Both the position numbers and the translations under genes were made by a program. The notes under the pieces were generated by a model. The model saw only the letters and a list, made by a program, of their open reading frames with translations, was not told where the DNA came from and did no database searches. A stretch of DNA of 64,000 nt from Paramecium tetraurelia (Eukaryota): the NCBI GenBank assembly GCA_000165425.1, contig CT868074.1, positions 124,001 to 188,000 on the forward strand, written 5' to 3'. Shown here piece after piece: positions 1 through 15,476 of this stretch (the first letter of the stretch is position 1; the number at the start of each line of letters is the position of its first letter).

Positions 1-3000
1 TTCTGCATAATACTGTTAATTCCCTTTTCTATTTTTTCTTACTCTTGTTTGAAATGGGTTTTATTTTCAAATATTGATAGTTCTGTCTCTTTCTTTCCTT
101 ATTAAATAATTCTAGACACTGATAAAATTTACTTCTTTATTTTATTAAATTTTATTTATATTCTTTTCCTTTTTTCTTCCTTGTTTTCAAAAAATCTCCA
201 TTTTTAAATACAATCAAATTTTAAAAACTTTTTAAATTTTTGGCATCTCATTAATATTTAATTACCCATTTCTATAAAGTATGCTTTTAGCAGAGTCTTA
301 ATCATTAGAATCATAAAATATAAATTGATGCAAATCAATATGATATACAAAGGATATACAATTTCTTAATTTTGTTAAGAAACATGAATTCCAATGCCAA
401 GTACAACAGAAAAACCACACACTTATGTCATTATGTTATCCAATTGATTTAATACCTTAGATTCGTAGGGTTAGTATTTTATGGTCAGTTATTAATAGAT
501 AAATATGATGATATATATCAAACTTGCTTTAATGATAATTTTTGTCTCATAAAGTGCCAAAACTATAATAATTAACTCCTTTTCAACTAATTTTACTATT
601 TCCCAAAAATATCCTGACTTTTTATATTCATTATATAGAAATCCCCAATTCATTCTAGTCTCATTGCTATCCAGATCATTTCTATTGTAAAATAAAATCA
701 TAAAGAATGCTAATGGAATGACAAAAGCAATAAGGATAAAAAAAGGGAAACAAAAGCACAAAATCCAATTAAAATGACTTTCTGTATCGTACCGATATGC
801 AACATTTATAGATATCCATTCATACCCTGAAATTGCTCTATATGACATTAATTTTATAAATCCTTCAATTAAGCTGGGTTGCAAAATAATAAACATATTA
901 ATAAGTGTTGTAAAAAGTACAGTGGAATGATATTTACATCTCTTTAAGAGAATACAAAGTCCATAACCGCCCAAGAACAATAATACATATATGATTGGCA
1001 TTAGTAATTGCCATAACATTCGTAAATAGTGGAGTTCGATAATTGAATTGAGATAAATTAAAAAGCAATCTAGGGAATAAGAGACAGTTTTTATAGGATT
1101 TCCAGTTGAATTGATTGCATAATTAAGTTCATCTGGAAATGATAACCTAAAAGTTGTTAAAGTCATAATAATTTATAGGTAATTGGTGAGAATCTTACCC
1201 AGTAATTCTTCATTTAAAGGTTGAGACACTAAGATTAATCCTGCCTTTTGCAATTTAACCGCTAATAATTTATTAATTACAATAGTAACTGTACTTTTTG
1301 TAGACATAAGTATCGTCAACAAAGTCCTAAAATATTTTCTTTATGAATACCAAATACTAATCCCTAATATTGAGAAGAGATTAATGTATTATTCTGTGCA
1401 TCTTCCACATTAATAAGGCCCACTAATTGAGTACATTCCATCTCCCCTTATATCTGAAATATCACATTATTCACACAATGCTCCTATATGTCCAGTGATA
1501 CAAGAATAATCACCTTCCTTCCAACCACCAAGACAACTTTCTGGTAGATTATAACAATATTCTACTTAATTTGTATCAAAATAAGCTCTCCAATAACCCT
1601 AGATATGTATATTAATATTACTGGATATAGATTTAGCTAGTTAGATGTGATTTCTTTAATAGATATCTCATCTAATAAATTACATTTTTCCTAATTGAGT
1701 TCCAATTAATAAAAATTATTTTAATAATCACAAACTTCACATGTTCCATAGGTTTTATTAATTATTTCTCCATATTAACATGGATATGTTTTAATATTAA
1801 GGTGGAGACTATAATTGTTATGGTAATTTAAAATTTCATATGGGAATTGTTAATTGAAAATAGGTATGAGAATCCTATCACATTTAATTTCTATTTATAA
1901 AATTAAATCATCTTGTTAAAAAGTATTAAATAAAAGAATTAAGTCATCTAAATTATAATCGTTAGTTTCTCTATTATAAGGAATTTCAATTTTGTTTGTA
2001 AAATCTTCAGAGAATTATTCTTATTGAACTTCAGATAACCCTAAATTATATTTTCTACTCTTTAAATTACATTTTGAATTTGACAAATTATTGTAAATTT
2101 CTCTAAATTCATTCAATAACACTATTCTAAATGTAAGATTTTTCGAGTGATAACTTCTATTGGTGATATCAAATTATTTATATTCGCTAATTTTTTGTCC
2201 ATTGGGTAGATAAATTACATTTAAATATTTATTCTTATAAAGATACTTATTCTAAACTAATACCTCTTCAATTACAGTATTCGAATCATTCATTTTTACA
2301 TTGGTAAAGAAAATAGATTCGTAATTATTAAGGGTAATTGAGATATGGGTAGGATTCGTTGATTGGTCATTTCCATACTTTGTGCCTTTATTATTATTAA
2401 CAATCGAACCCATTTTAGAATAATTAGATTAACTTAAGTTTTATGTAAATATTCCTCCACCATATAAGGCTTGATTTTCAGAGACTTTACTAGATAATAA
2501 AGTAAACAGTTTATTTCTTCCTTCGAAATAAATTGCACCTCCAGCCATCTTTGCATAGTTATTCATTAATAAACTATTCTTTATTTGAATATTTTAATTT
2601 TTGATAAACACACAAGTACCATAAACAGCTGAATTGTTTTAACATTTAAAATCCATCAACTCAACATCATATTTCACATATTAAATAAGTTTCTCACTCT
2701 CTTATTCACTATATAACAGTCTTTTGTATATATTGACATCTGATATTGATAAAATATTGTCCGCAATTATGAAACAACTAAGTGATCCACAAAAATTGTT
2801 TTGAAATTCTAATAAAGCAATTTTATTTTCCATAGCCCGTTCCTCATTTTAATGTAAATACAATAAACTAAGTGAGCATGCTTAGCAAATTATATCAAAA
2901 ATATATAATTCGATGAATTTAAACTAAACTAAGTTAGTAATATTGGTAAGTAAGAATATAGGCATGATCAACTATTTTTAATAATATAGATTCAATTCAT

Positions 3001-6000
3001 TTAGTAAAGTTAAAGTGTTATTATAATAATGGTCTGGACTATGAAATGATTTTAAATTTACTGGAGCGTAATCATTATTAAATTTAGTTAAACAAACTTA
3101 TTGTTGTTCAATAAATTTGGTAGAGTCGATTTGTACTGGATAATCAACTTTAATTGAATCTAAATTAGATGTTAGATTTGAGATAAGAACCTATCTGATT
3201 ACACATTCATTTTCATAACCTTGATTTTCTAGTTTAATAAGGCCATTAATTGGCAGTATTCCTCCTTAAATTATTGAACTTGAAAAGAAGAATTTTAATA
3301 AATTTGTACCTATGATCAAGGATTCGTAATAAATTTGCTAAATTTTAATATTGTCCATTTATATATTCCCAGCAATCAAATATACTTTAGTTCTTTCCGA
3401 TAACAAATAGTTTTTTAATAGTTTAACTGCATAATAATAATAATTTGCAGAATTTTAATAGTTCAAGAAACCTTAATAAGTGTCCTGAATACTAATACCC
3501 TAAAGTCTAAATTTCTAATTAGTTAGATTATAACTAGAAATTTATCGATATAAGATGGCCCCTTTTAAGCTATAACAATTGTTCAATGTCAAATTTCCTA
3601 ATTACAATTTAATTGAATTTTAATTATCGTTTAGATAGAGCATTCCTGCAGAAATATAGGAATTAATTGCAGAAAAAACAGAGTTTACAATTTTTATAAT
3701 TATTGAGGATTATGATTCAATAAAAATTGTGCCTCCTTATTAAATTGAATCATATTATTTTGAAGAAGCCATAAATATGTTTTCAAAATGCGATTGGTCA
3801 ATCAATACTGAACCAGATGATTATACATTGATTTATAAACTTCCACTTAATTATCCAAAAGAATTATTTGAAGTTAAATTATTAATTAAAATTTTAGATG
3901 ATTATAGTATGGCATTTCCAACTAAACACTTTTGTTAAAAACTTAATTTAACGTCTTCTAAGTAGATTTTGCTCTCAAGATCATAACCCCATTATAGATA
4001 TGGCTTGATAAGATTGTAATCAAATTAACAACTATTATTAAAAACAACATCATCAAAATTTACACTTTATGAGTTAATAAATACCAATGTGTTTACGCTA
4101 TTAATAATTGTATTGGTCTCAAAGACAACCTTATGCAAAACAACTTTACTTATTAGACAGTCAAAATATATGAGACTGGAAGAAATATAACTATCTTCCT
4201 ATTAATAGGAAGTTAATATGTTTCTATGGAACACGATCTCTTCAATGTAAATACTCACATTTTGCTTGGAATGTATTTCAAAAATTGGGCTGTTTTCATA
4301 TTTCCCAATGAATATTTATAAATTATTATGAATTTTTGAATTGTAAATACTAATATTTTCGTCTCTTTCAAGTATTGAAGTAGAAATAGATTCATAATAA
4401 ATCAAGGGCTCATTTATTACAACTAAATATCTCATTATCATAGATTCTATTTGTGTTTAGATAGCATTATAAATAATTAAGAATATAGTATAGAAGTCCT
4501 ATTTTACATAATTAATCCAACAATCTAAATGCTTATGGATTCCTTTTATACTATACTTTTCACTAAGCAGGACTTCGATATTTCTTATTAAAAGATCCTA
4601 AGAATTAATAATTCTTAATTCACTTATACCAAATCCTCTTAATAGGAATATTTAGGATAAGTTTATGACTTATGCTTCTAGATTAATCAGAGCAATTTCA
4701 TATTTAATAGTGTCATTAAGAACTTCAGTAAAATAAATTATATTTTCAGTCATTTAAATGTTGTTGATTGTTATATAGGAGCGAACGTAGCCAAAATCCC
4801 TTATTTTTAGAAAATTAGACAATTAATCATATTGGTTATATTCAAATACAATGAAGTCTATTGATAATGAGAATGAGTTTGTATTTGTATTTTCTGGATT
4901 AAAAAAAATTTTACTTTAATTAAAAATGATATTATTTGAACAGTTGAACTGCTAAATTGTTGAATTACTATCTACTTTTATTACAATAGATGATTAAATT
5001 ATCGAATAAGTAATTGATAATTATTACAGGACAATGTTTGAAAAATCTGATAGTTACAAAAATCCATTACAATTGTAAAGTTCTCCTTTAAAAGAGAAGT
5101 TGGTGATTTTTATTGAATATAAATTATAATTTGCAGTTTTAATAAATGTACAATTTGAGAATACACCTGTTAAATGTATGTTTAAAAAACTAAGATATTA
5201 AACTTTCATTATCCAAAGAGAATAAATCCGTATCTTGAATTTGGGAATTTAATACCTATAAAAAGTTAATCTCAATCTTAGAATTGACATTCTTATCACA
5301 ATTAATTAGAAACAAAGGCGTAGTATAATTTTAATATTTCAAAATCAACTCACTAAATGTTAAATTTTTTAGGTATATTGAGGAAACTTTTGAGAATATG
5401 AATTATACAGCATTGGTATTAGATTATTAAAATTTTAAGTTGTAAAATTATACTGAGAACTTTTCTAATTAAGATGAAAAAGTTATGAGACTAAAAGAAT
5501 CTTTTCTTCTAAAATAAAATTCAATATCACTTATCAAAACATTTGAAAAATCCTGAAATTATAATGATTTGTCAACAAAGAATTTAGTAGTTTAGGTACT
5601 TATTATCGATAGATTAACTTATCTAAAAATTATTAAATATTTTACATCAATGGAAAAATACTTCTGCTAAATATTTACGAGATCAAGAAATCTCCAAAAA
5701 ACAAACATTCTTACTCAATATCACTTATAATTTTTATAACTAATGATGTGATTTATAAGTCATTCGCTAACTTGTAAAATGATTCTCTATTAAATTGAGC
5801 AAAAAATTAAAGATCATCAATAAACACATGTGTTTGATTAAATAAAGTTTTTTATGAATCATTTAAGTGAAAAGTTAGATTCTGATAAACAATTTCAGAA
5901 CATATCAAATTTAGTTCAAGAGTAACTTAATTTTCCTATTTGGTATCAATATCAATTTATTAAAAAACTAATCCAAAAAATGAATTATAATATAAATTGG

Positions 6001-9000
6001 AATCTGAATTAAACCCCAAACATTAATTACTATAATCCCAATAATTAGAATTTTAAAATATTGGATTAATTAAGAAAATTTCTGCTTAATCTCTTTTTCT
6101 ACATAAATTACAATTAGGAGGACATCGAATGCATTAGTTATTATATAAACTAATGATTCTTTAATTCACTTCCAAAGGACATCTAATACATATATTTTGA
6201 CCATTTGATCTTACACATTCCAAACAAAGAGTTGGACATTAAGGTATGCATTATTTATTTTAAAGGTCAAATCCTTGAACACAATCAAGACAAACTATTT
6301 CAAAATCCTGTATTTCTGAACTTTAGCTAAATTCAGTAAAATCGTGACTCATATCATAGGATTAGATTGCAGCATAATAAAATGATCTTACTTATTATTT
6401 CCAATTATCTTGAGATATCTTATCTTATTGATAACAAGTCTTGCAATGAAGTTCAGAAGGACAAATTTGACAATTCCCAAATATTCTACTAGCATAATAC
6501 CCTTGTTCGCATTAATAGCATTCGTATTTTTCTTTAAATTTATTATATAAGCAGTTAGTACAAAATGCAATTTCATTTTAACACTCGCTTGTTCTTTCAT
6601 ATAATATATTCTTCCCTACAATGCAATAAGTCATATACCAAGAAACTCTATATTGACAATCTTCTCCATAATAACTATCAATTTCACATGTATTAGAATA
6701 ATAGTAATATAAATATTTTTCTTTGCATCTTGCGCATTTAATTTCTATAGAATCATAAGATGGCTGAAAATAGTAATCCAAAGTACTGAATGTTGGCTTC
6801 TGATCTTCTAATAACCTTAATTTGACAGCATATTGGCAATTTTCGATACTGTTAATCTCACAATTTTAAGCATCATTTGAAATAAAATATATGCTATCAT
6901 CTTAACATTTCAAACATCTAAGAAAATATTGTTGAGTCTTCAAATCGTAATCTTCAATACATTTTTCACAATTTTAGCCACATATTCTGCATGTTTTATC
7001 AACATAATTAAAAGGACTATTGAATTATTAATAGTTAGTACCTCCTACACTTTTTACAAATTGCAACTTAACTAACTTCATCTTGAAAACATTCATCGCA
7101 AATAGAAGGGCACATTACACATTAATTATTTGATAAATAAAAGTCCTTGTGACATTAACTACAGACTGAGTTGTCATCACAAATTAGGCAATTATCAGGG
7201 CATCTTTTGCATTCGTTGTCAACCAAAATAAAAGTAGACTTACATTATAAGTACACTTAATATCCTAAATGAATAGCGCTGATATTGGCGCTATTACTTT
7301 ATTCTTAATTGCTTAAAAAGTTTTGAACACCTATTTGAAGTTCTAGTTCATATATTTCATTTATAATAAAAGCATCATAATCTATGACATCTCTATCAAT
7401 CTACTAATATGCAGAATCAGCTTTTAGTTAATTACGAATCATATCCGTTGTACATACTGGTTTTAGGTACCAAGTCATTGGTTTTATATAACAATCAAGA
7501 CAGTAATATTGAGTCTACTTCTATTTTTGAATTTCTATAATTTAACCATAAAAAGGACTAAAGGAAGTAATTTATTTAATACCATTATTTACAAATTCTA
7601 TCATTGTTATCCTTTATTAAAAAATATCCAAAATCACAATAATAAAAAGAATTAGTGTTTATTTATGAAATTGTAATTTCTGGGAATGACTAAAATTAAT
7701 TAAAACAAATTTCACTATTAGTAATATCAAGCTCATTATTTTGACATTTGCACTCTTTAGTTTCGCTTAAAAATTATCGCTTTGAAAATACAGAACAACT
7801 AGTACATTAATTAGATTCAGGCCCATCACATAATTGGCAAGAATAATGACAATCTATCTCATTAGATTAATCGAATACATTTATAATCTTTTAGGTTAAA
7901 GTCTTCTTTAAATCCAGTCAAGAACTCTATATTAGCTAATTGTCCTTAGAAATATGGGGATGGGGTAAACTTATCTCCCCCAATGTAAAAATATATTAAT
8001 GTGTTTGAAAACTAATTTCTTACTTAGCCAGAAAAATTATGAGTTATAGATTCGCTATGAAAATCAAACCATAGTTTAAACTATGTTCTTTCGCTATTAA
8101 GACTTCTACCTTATTCGAAAGTAAAATAGTGCCATTTTTAAATATCAGATAGTAGGGTATTAGTGGTAAGCATGTATTTGTCGGAGTTTAAAAATGAACC
8201 ATCATATTCAAACTTCTATGGATATTGATAATGATAAGTCTAGATTAGAATAGAATTTAAATTCTAAGTATTTAAATTAATATTGTATCTTAGAAATAAA
8301 GTTTTATCTCCGTTATTTCCGTTTCCATTTTAATATTACTTATTAATTGTCATTCTTAATATCTACATTTAAGCAGATATAAAAATCTTACTAAAATCTA
8401 TTTTAATCCATCCTCTAACAACATAATGTTAATCAATTAGCTATGCTTCTTTATGAATGTAATCAGTTCCATCAAATCTATGTATACCATCAATTAGTTT
8501 TATTTGCTTCATTTTTACAACCTATTCTGGAATTGTACAAGCATTAGATATTTAATCATATAAATTCTCTTCCTGGTGTTTATTATAAATAATCAACTTT
8601 GATAATAGTCCTTGGAATGGGGCATATGATTGTTTTGTAAAACTCTATGTTTAATATTTTAATTACATCCTTTCCGAATCCTCCTAATATATAATTAATT
8701 AGGCCACTTTTTAAGGAAATGCCATCAATTTAATCTATTTTTCCTGCACTTTTAAAGAGCAAGGTTTTTTTCAATGGATTGTACTCTATAAGAGTCAAAT
8801 GCCAAATCCCATCTAATTATTGATTTTCAAGTTGCAAAGCTAATGATTAAAACTTTGTGTAAGAATTTTCAACATAGGAAACCTCCAAAACGTAATAAGG
8901 ATTATAAGTCCAATAATATGTGCTAAATTCAAGTTTATAATATATGGTAATATTGTATTCTTTTTTGGTATTGCTGCTCATTTATTTTTAGAGAAACAAT

Positions 9001-9292
9001 AATCTCCAATTTTCTGAGTCTAAAACCTTTTAATCAATAATATGGCTTTAATTCATTGCTTAATATTCAATGTATTTCGACCAAAATCCTGTGGAATACC
9101 AATAGTCGAGTTCATATTAAATATGAAAAGAAACATTTTAAAAAGGATCGCTTACATCTAAAAGGCTGCTTTCATAATTATCAAATTAGCATGAGTATTG
9201 AATAGTTTGCTCTAATCTTGAATAAATATATCATGATATATTTACATAAGTGAGTAAAATAGAAACAACTAAAAGAATTTAAATTTCATCAT
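1..9292 (-). CDS. Giant (~3000 aa) ciliate surface/transmembrane protein: signal peptide, furin/EGF-like Cys-rich repeats, beta-helix (GGAI-type) region, C-terminal multi-pass TM domain; 3' end runs off the window
   Basis: Starts MMKFKFFQLFLFYSL; a 29-nt GT..AG intron joins this to the main frame (YSTGFWSKY). It has many CxxC..C repeats at ~6100-7900, AKMAGGAIYF and GGGIF motifs at ~2450-2550, PGYW across a 23-nt intron (1599-1621), and a TM block with WGFLYNEYK/YFWEIVKL. The frame was spot-checked rather than verified over the whole length. Confidence 0.85.
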
Positions 9293-9599
9293 TTTTTAAA
9301 TTAATACATAAGAAAGATAGTAATCCAAATGGTATTTAAAATGACATCTAAATTATTTCAAATTGTCAATTTCATTATTCAATTGAATGTTTATATGAAT
9401 TTTTAAGTATTAACTTATAGGGATCATAATTAATGTACAACTTTAGATAAATATAATTTTTAATTAATTATTTTAATATTTAATTTGTTCGTTTACATCA
9501 AATTGGAAAATATAATTATTTTGGTTCTTATGAAAAACCATAAATTTATAAATTATCATTTTCTTAGTTTTTGTGAAAGTGAAATTTAAGTCCTTATTT

Positions 9600-10500
9600 A
9601 AATTTTCGAATAATAATTCACAAATGAGGTTTCAGATCATTATCAATAGGGAATCAAACTCTATCATATCCCTATATATGTCCTTAATTTTGGATGACTT
9701 ATGATTTAAGTGTCTGTAAATTTTTTCCATATGTATCAATAATTTACATGTCTTTTAAAAGTCAATAAAAGCCTAAACAAATACTCATAATATAATAACT
9801 TCGGACCAACACCCTTACATCTCTTATTTTTCATATCATTTGTAGTTGAATTAAAATTTTCAGAATGAATCAGGATTATATTAAATAGTACTTCATTTAT
9901 TATTAGGTATTGCTAAATTGAAAATTAGGAAGCCATGCATCACTAAACTGACCACTCTCGATTTATATGACTAACATTCTTAAATCAATTCCAAATAGAA
10001 CACAATACCTACCATGTGTGGACAAATTTATTAGAGTTTCTTTATCAAATGTGTTCTACATTCGAGATAAAATCTGCAATTTTGTAAGAGGCTAATTAGG
10101 ATAGTAAGTCTAAATTTAGTGATCTTGGTAATCCTTCATCTTTGGAATTTATAACCTAAGGACAACATATTTTTAATTGTTTTGAGTATTGAAGCTTCCT
10201 TAAATCATTATTATTGATAAGTCGGCTTGCCTAATTTAGATGACATAATGTATGTTGATTGCTGTTCATTATTTTTAATTTTTTCGAATTCTTTACTGCT
10301 TTCTTTTTACGACTTGCATTAAAATTTTACAGCTTTTTTTTGCAATACAGATTTATTTTACAATATATCATTATTCTTATATGTTGTAGGCAGTATTTGT
10401 CAGCCACTTTTTGTCAGGCATTTACTAGTTTTTCACAATTAAAGAAATTGATTTACGGATTGAATACTTCAGTTTTTTAGGAAAAAGAAATTGTGTTCAT
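9600..10500 (-). pseudogene. Degenerate coding remnant, family unknown
   Basis: ATG at 10500 is followed by coding-like stretches interrupted by in-frame TGA and frame switches; I could not build a consistent spliced ORF. Confidence 0.3.
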
Positions 10501-11669
10501 AAAATCATCTGGCAGTTGAATAAAGAATATAATCTAACTTTTATTTTATTGATGAAACCAGATATTATTCTAAATATTATATTGATTAATATAATTTATA
10601 AGATAGTTATGAACTATCATCTACAAATACTGAACTAAACCTTATAAAGATATTAATATGAATTTTAGATTTATTTTTGAAGAAATCTTTAGGTATCTAG
10701 TAAATAGATAAATAATCAAACTTAAGTTTAAACTGGAGAATTTATTCTATGATTAGTAAGAACCTTTTCTGCATAAATTAACTGTTTCATAACATTAATA
10801 ATAAGGTAGTGTCATTAATAAAAGCGCATCAGAAACATTACGATTTAAATATTTCCTCTGTTTCGTTTGAGTGAGTAGATGTAAGATTAATTAATTTTAA
10901 TTTTGAATTATTAATCTGATCTCTAAAATTATCCAAAATTCCTTTTATGAAATCTTAAATATATGAGTCAATAAAGTTAATTGTCTTATATAAATTTGAT
11001 TGAAATCGGTGTGGATACATTTATTTAATTTGAATGTCCTTTTAGGTTATACCAAACCTGTTTTATATGGCTAAGTTGAGAAGAATAAGGACCTACTTCA
11101 ATCAAATTTATTTAAGACAATAAAAACAATATAAAAAAGTGTCTTATCAAAGGCTTTCTATGGATTGCTTCTCTAAACACAAATATCTCTCCTCTTTTCA
11201 ATGAATCATATTCACTTCATTAATAGATTTAACAATAATTCTCAATTTTCTCTCCATGCATTAATAAAGGTATGTTTTCATAGTTAATTAAAAAATAATG
11301 AACATGATAATAAATCTCATCGCAAAATCAATAAAAAATTCTAACATTTAGAAATATTTAAAAATAGGTATCAAAGTTAATAGTGATTGATATAATTCTT
11401 TTTATTATTTATTAATATTTGAGAAGATTATTTCATTTTTAATTATTTAAAACCATTTTTCAGAACTAAATAATTAAAGAATGTACTCTTTTTTTGTTAT
11501 TCATTTATTTCTCCTTAAAAAATAGTATTATGATTGATTAAACTTTTCATTCAATCTTCTAGTTAGTTTTTATTAAATAGTAGTTCAAATACAGTAAAAA
11601 CCAATAATAAAAGTGTGTTCATCAGATAATAACAACTTATAAAATGATTTTATACATAAATTAAAATAT

Positions 11670-12560
11670 ATGTTATAAGGATTAGAAAAACCTTTATCTG
11701 AATACGTATTAATTATTATATTAAGTTAGCAATTGATCTTGCACTTGATACATTAAAATGATTATGATACTTTGAAAGAATTGGGAATAAATAAAGGTAA
11801 AGTAAAAAAACTTTGATAGCCAACATCAATTTTTTGGAATAATTCAATGAAATTGAACTTGATTAAAAAATATCTCCTCTTATATGTGCATGCTATCTAG
11901 GGAGATTAGAAATAGTTAGACTTTTATTATCAAATTGCTAAGTTGATGTGGATTTAGCAAGTGTTGATTCTGGATAGACTCCTCTATCAGTGGCAGCTAT
12001 GACAGGGAATTATGAAATTTTGAAGTTACTACTTGATACTGGAGCTGAAGTTAATAAGCCGAATACATTTAATTAGACAGCCTTTATTTCATGCTTTGCT
12101 AGATTAGAAGAAGTATTTATTTAAATTATTATTTTTTAAGGAGAAGAATATATTTGAAAATCGGAAAATTTGTTTCAAAATGGCAGAACTATTGCTTCAT
12201 TATGGAGCAGATATTAATTGGATTGTTGATAAATCTCATGGCTTCCACTTATTAATGTAATTATGCTCTATAAAAATGGAATTAAATCCAAAAGAAGCAG
12301 AAATAAATTACCAAATTATTAAATTTCTGATTGAAAATGGAGTAAGCAATCTATATCTAATTTAGGCTTAAAAAAATCTTTAATCTTTGAAGGGTAAAAA
12401 GGCTGTAGATCTCCTAAAAAAGCACTCTAATAAAGAAAAGTTAATTGAATTAATTTAAAATTCATCATAAATTTATTTTTATGGAAGATAAAAAAATAGC
12501 AGTAGAGGTTTATAACAACATTAGAATCAATTAAAAAGTAGATCAATATAAAAGCCATGA
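11670..12560 (+). CDS. Ankyrin-repeat protein
   Basis: Spliced translation (4 tiny introns) gives SPLICACYLGRLEIVRLLL, GQTPLSVAAMTGNYEILKLLLDTGAEVN and ELLLHYGADIN; ends at TGA 12558-12560. Confidence 0.88.
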
Positions 12561-12606
12561 ATCTTTATCTTTCATTTAATTGAATTTTATATATAATTTC
12601 TTTATA

Positions 12607-13824
12607 ATGATTATACTAACTTTTTTAAATATTTGTAGCATTAACTGCATCCTTTTTAGTTTTACTGCAGAATATCAATATGTTCTTATTGAAATTTTTA
12701 GTGAGGGATGGACATATATGAAAATTGAAGTAGCTGAAGAAGAAATTATCCAAAGTTCAGTTTAGAAGAATTATACATAATATTTACAAATGTATTATGA
12801 AGTAGAATAGGGTAAGGAATATAACTTGGACATTTATATGTATCCAGAGAATCTGTATAAAATAAATCAAGTAGAAAAAAGGGATTGCCCTGACAATTGC
12901 TCCGAAAAAGGATTATGCTAAAAGTTAGAATGTTAATGTTTTGAATTGATAGCAGGGTAAGATATGAGAAAAAATATTTCTAGAGATAGATGTTAATATG
13001 ATATTGAGCCTATTTTTGATGAAAGTAAATATAATGTTGAAATGATACCTTATTAAAGTAAAATAATTGCAATTTATTTGCAATAGGATGACATTGTGGA
13101 TGATTAACAGTATTATTATTTCTTAAAATTGAGGTAGATAAGAAATGTCAAGATTGCAATAAGTCCATCTATTAATGCAACAATTTATTTTTTGTTTCCA
13201 TTTGAAATACCTTACAAATCATTAAAAAATAATAAACTAGTATTTGATGGGATTATTGGTTAAGAAGGTCAAGAGATAGATTTTTCTGATAAATTTGAAT
13301 CTTATCATCTAAAATCTGCTAATTATTCGTTTGTCTTGATACTTTAAAATCCCTACTCTTTGAACATAAATTTTTCTCTTGGATATGACATGCTGGATAA
13401 TGATAATTAATTTTAAGACTTTATACTAGTAATAATATTGAGCATAGTGTCATTTATAATTTTATTGGTTATTATATATATTGTTAAAAAGCGATGTGAA
13501 AATATGTAAGAGAAAAAAAATAAAGGTAATTAAAGTCTGAACTCATAAAAGGGATTATTGCATTTAATGGGAATCGTGGATCCAGCAAAAGATTAAGAAT
13601 GCATCATTTGCTTAGACCTTTTAGATTAAAAACCATGTAGGATCACACCGTGTAAACACATTTTACATGAAGCATGTTTAAATTAATGGTTGTAAAAATA
13701 ATAAAATTGTCCAATTTGCAGAGAGACATTCCTTGATGATGAAGGATATCCTAAATATGTTAAGACTAGAAATCAGACAACTACATTTTTAAATCATCAT
13801 ATATCCTAATATGGAATACAGTGA
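12607..13824 (+). CDS. Type I membrane RING-H2 E3 ubiquitin ligase with a luminal EGF-like module
   Basis: Signal peptide MIILTFLNICSINC, EGF-like CPDNCSEKGLCQKLECQC, TM segment ILVIILSIVSFIILLVIIYIV, and RING-H2 CIICL..TPCKHILHEACLNQWL...CPICR; one intron near 12957. Confidence 0.88.
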
Positions 13825-14184
13825 TAATTTATTTAGAGAACTGAAACTATAAATTTAAACTTTATAAAATTCGATAGGTTATTTCTTAAGTTGATTAATT
13901 TTTCTCAAGAAATAGATTTATAGTTATTGAGCTAAAGATAGAAAATGTGATCAATATCACCTCTAAATTTAAATATTATTATAATACCACAACTTTTTCT
14001 GTCTCTTTTAACATTTTTGTGAACACCTTTATAAAAAAATTTGTAAATGAATTTGGATATGGCATTTCCTAAAATTTGTAAGAAATGTATGGTTTTTTCT
14101 TTATGATAAGGATTTTCAAAATTCTTTGCCTTATTTTCTCAAACTAAAAACAAAAGGAATTAAAAAAAATTTAAATCTTTTTTA

Positions 14185-14729
14185 ATGCCTCCCAAAGTTG
14201 ACCCAAATGAAGTTAGATTGATTAACATCAAAGTCTTCGGAGGAGAAGGTGGTCCAGCATCCACTCTTGCTCCAAAATTGGGGCCTCTCGGTCTTGTAAA
14301 TTTAAGAGCTTATTAATAAGAACCCAAAATAAGTTGGTGATAAAATTATTGCTGAAAGTGGAAAATGGAAGGGTATCAGAGTTATGGTTAACTTGAGATG
14401 CTAAAATAGAAATGCTGATGTTACTGTCATTCCTACCTCAAGTGCATTACTCATTAAAGAAATTGGAGTAATTAAATAATTTATGATTTTAGGGTTATGA
14501 GAGAGATAGAAAGAAGACAAAGAATGTCAAACATAATGGAAACTTAACACTTGAATAAGTCATCAAAGTTGCTAGAGCTGTTGAAGAAAAGTCATTAGCG
14601 AAAACTTTTACAGGAACGGTCAAATAAGTTTTAGGAACTGCATAATCTTTGGGAGCCACAGTTGATGGATAACCAGTTAAAGCAATCATTGGGAAAATTA
14701 ATTCTGGAGAACTTAAAGTTGAAAAATGA
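14185..14729 (+). CDS. RPL12: 60S ribosomal protein L12 (uL11)
   Basis: [37 protein letters not shown]...[15 protein letters not shown]...[14 protein letters not shown]; 25-nt introns at 14296-14320 and 14468-14492. Confidence 0.98.
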
Positions 14730-14874
14730 AAAATACAATCTATAATACATATAAGTACATTAACTTGTTATTTTCATGTAAAATTCAGAACGTACAATAA
14801 ATCAAAGTGTAAAATTCTTAAGTAGCATAGCAACACTATATTTTAACCTTATTCAAATAAAATAATAATAAATA

Positions 14875-15476
14875 ATGAATTCTTAATTCTCATCAAAATT
14901 TTTGAATTTATCTACAGAACTTGACCAATTGAGAGGGACAAATATTTCAGATTAAACCCTGATAATTTAATGACTTTAGAATTCTATAATTGTTTTAGCA
15001 AGAGATCTTTTGGTAAGTTACTATGTAATGTTTATTAAATTAGAATATAAATTGTTAAAATTCAAATCTAAAACATTTGGAAAATTGCTTAGAAAATTGA
15101 TTATAAGTAATGAAATTTCTCAGTTTATTATTCTCTTTTGATGGAATCTTTTGTATAAAAATTTATATTTCCTCTTCGTTTTAACATCATTTATTATTTT
15201 CAGGCCAATTGAATAAATTTCATTATTTAACAATTTTCTCTACTTTAATGAGAATCTAAGTCCAGGAATGATCAAAATTCTTCAATTTATTTGACACAAA
15301 TGAAAATAAGACCAAAACAATTATTCAAATAACACCTAAAAACCAAAAATTTTAGAGAACCTATTGAGATGTTAATTCCCAATACTTATGTGAGAAACAA
15401 AATTAACGTAATATAAATTAATCCTCTTATAAGTATAAGAAGGTAAGAATATTTTAAAGTTAAATTAAACCATTGA
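14875..15476 (+). pseudogene. Probable decayed gene remnant (includes a 58-aa open segment at 15300-15476)
   Basis: ATG-led coding-like sequence with an intron-like GTAAG..TAG segment near 15013, but early TGA stops. Confidence 0.25.

Noticed and set aside
9790..9830. KGVGPK on the minus strand as an XPG/FEN1/EXO1 helix-hairpin motif
   Set aside because: It is an isolated hexapeptide in a broken region, with no other nuclease motifs recognisable.
10200..10420. In-frame TGA codons as selenocysteine or Trp recoding
   Set aside because: They co-occur with frameshifts in a degenerate region, with no redox motif or SECIS-like element evident.
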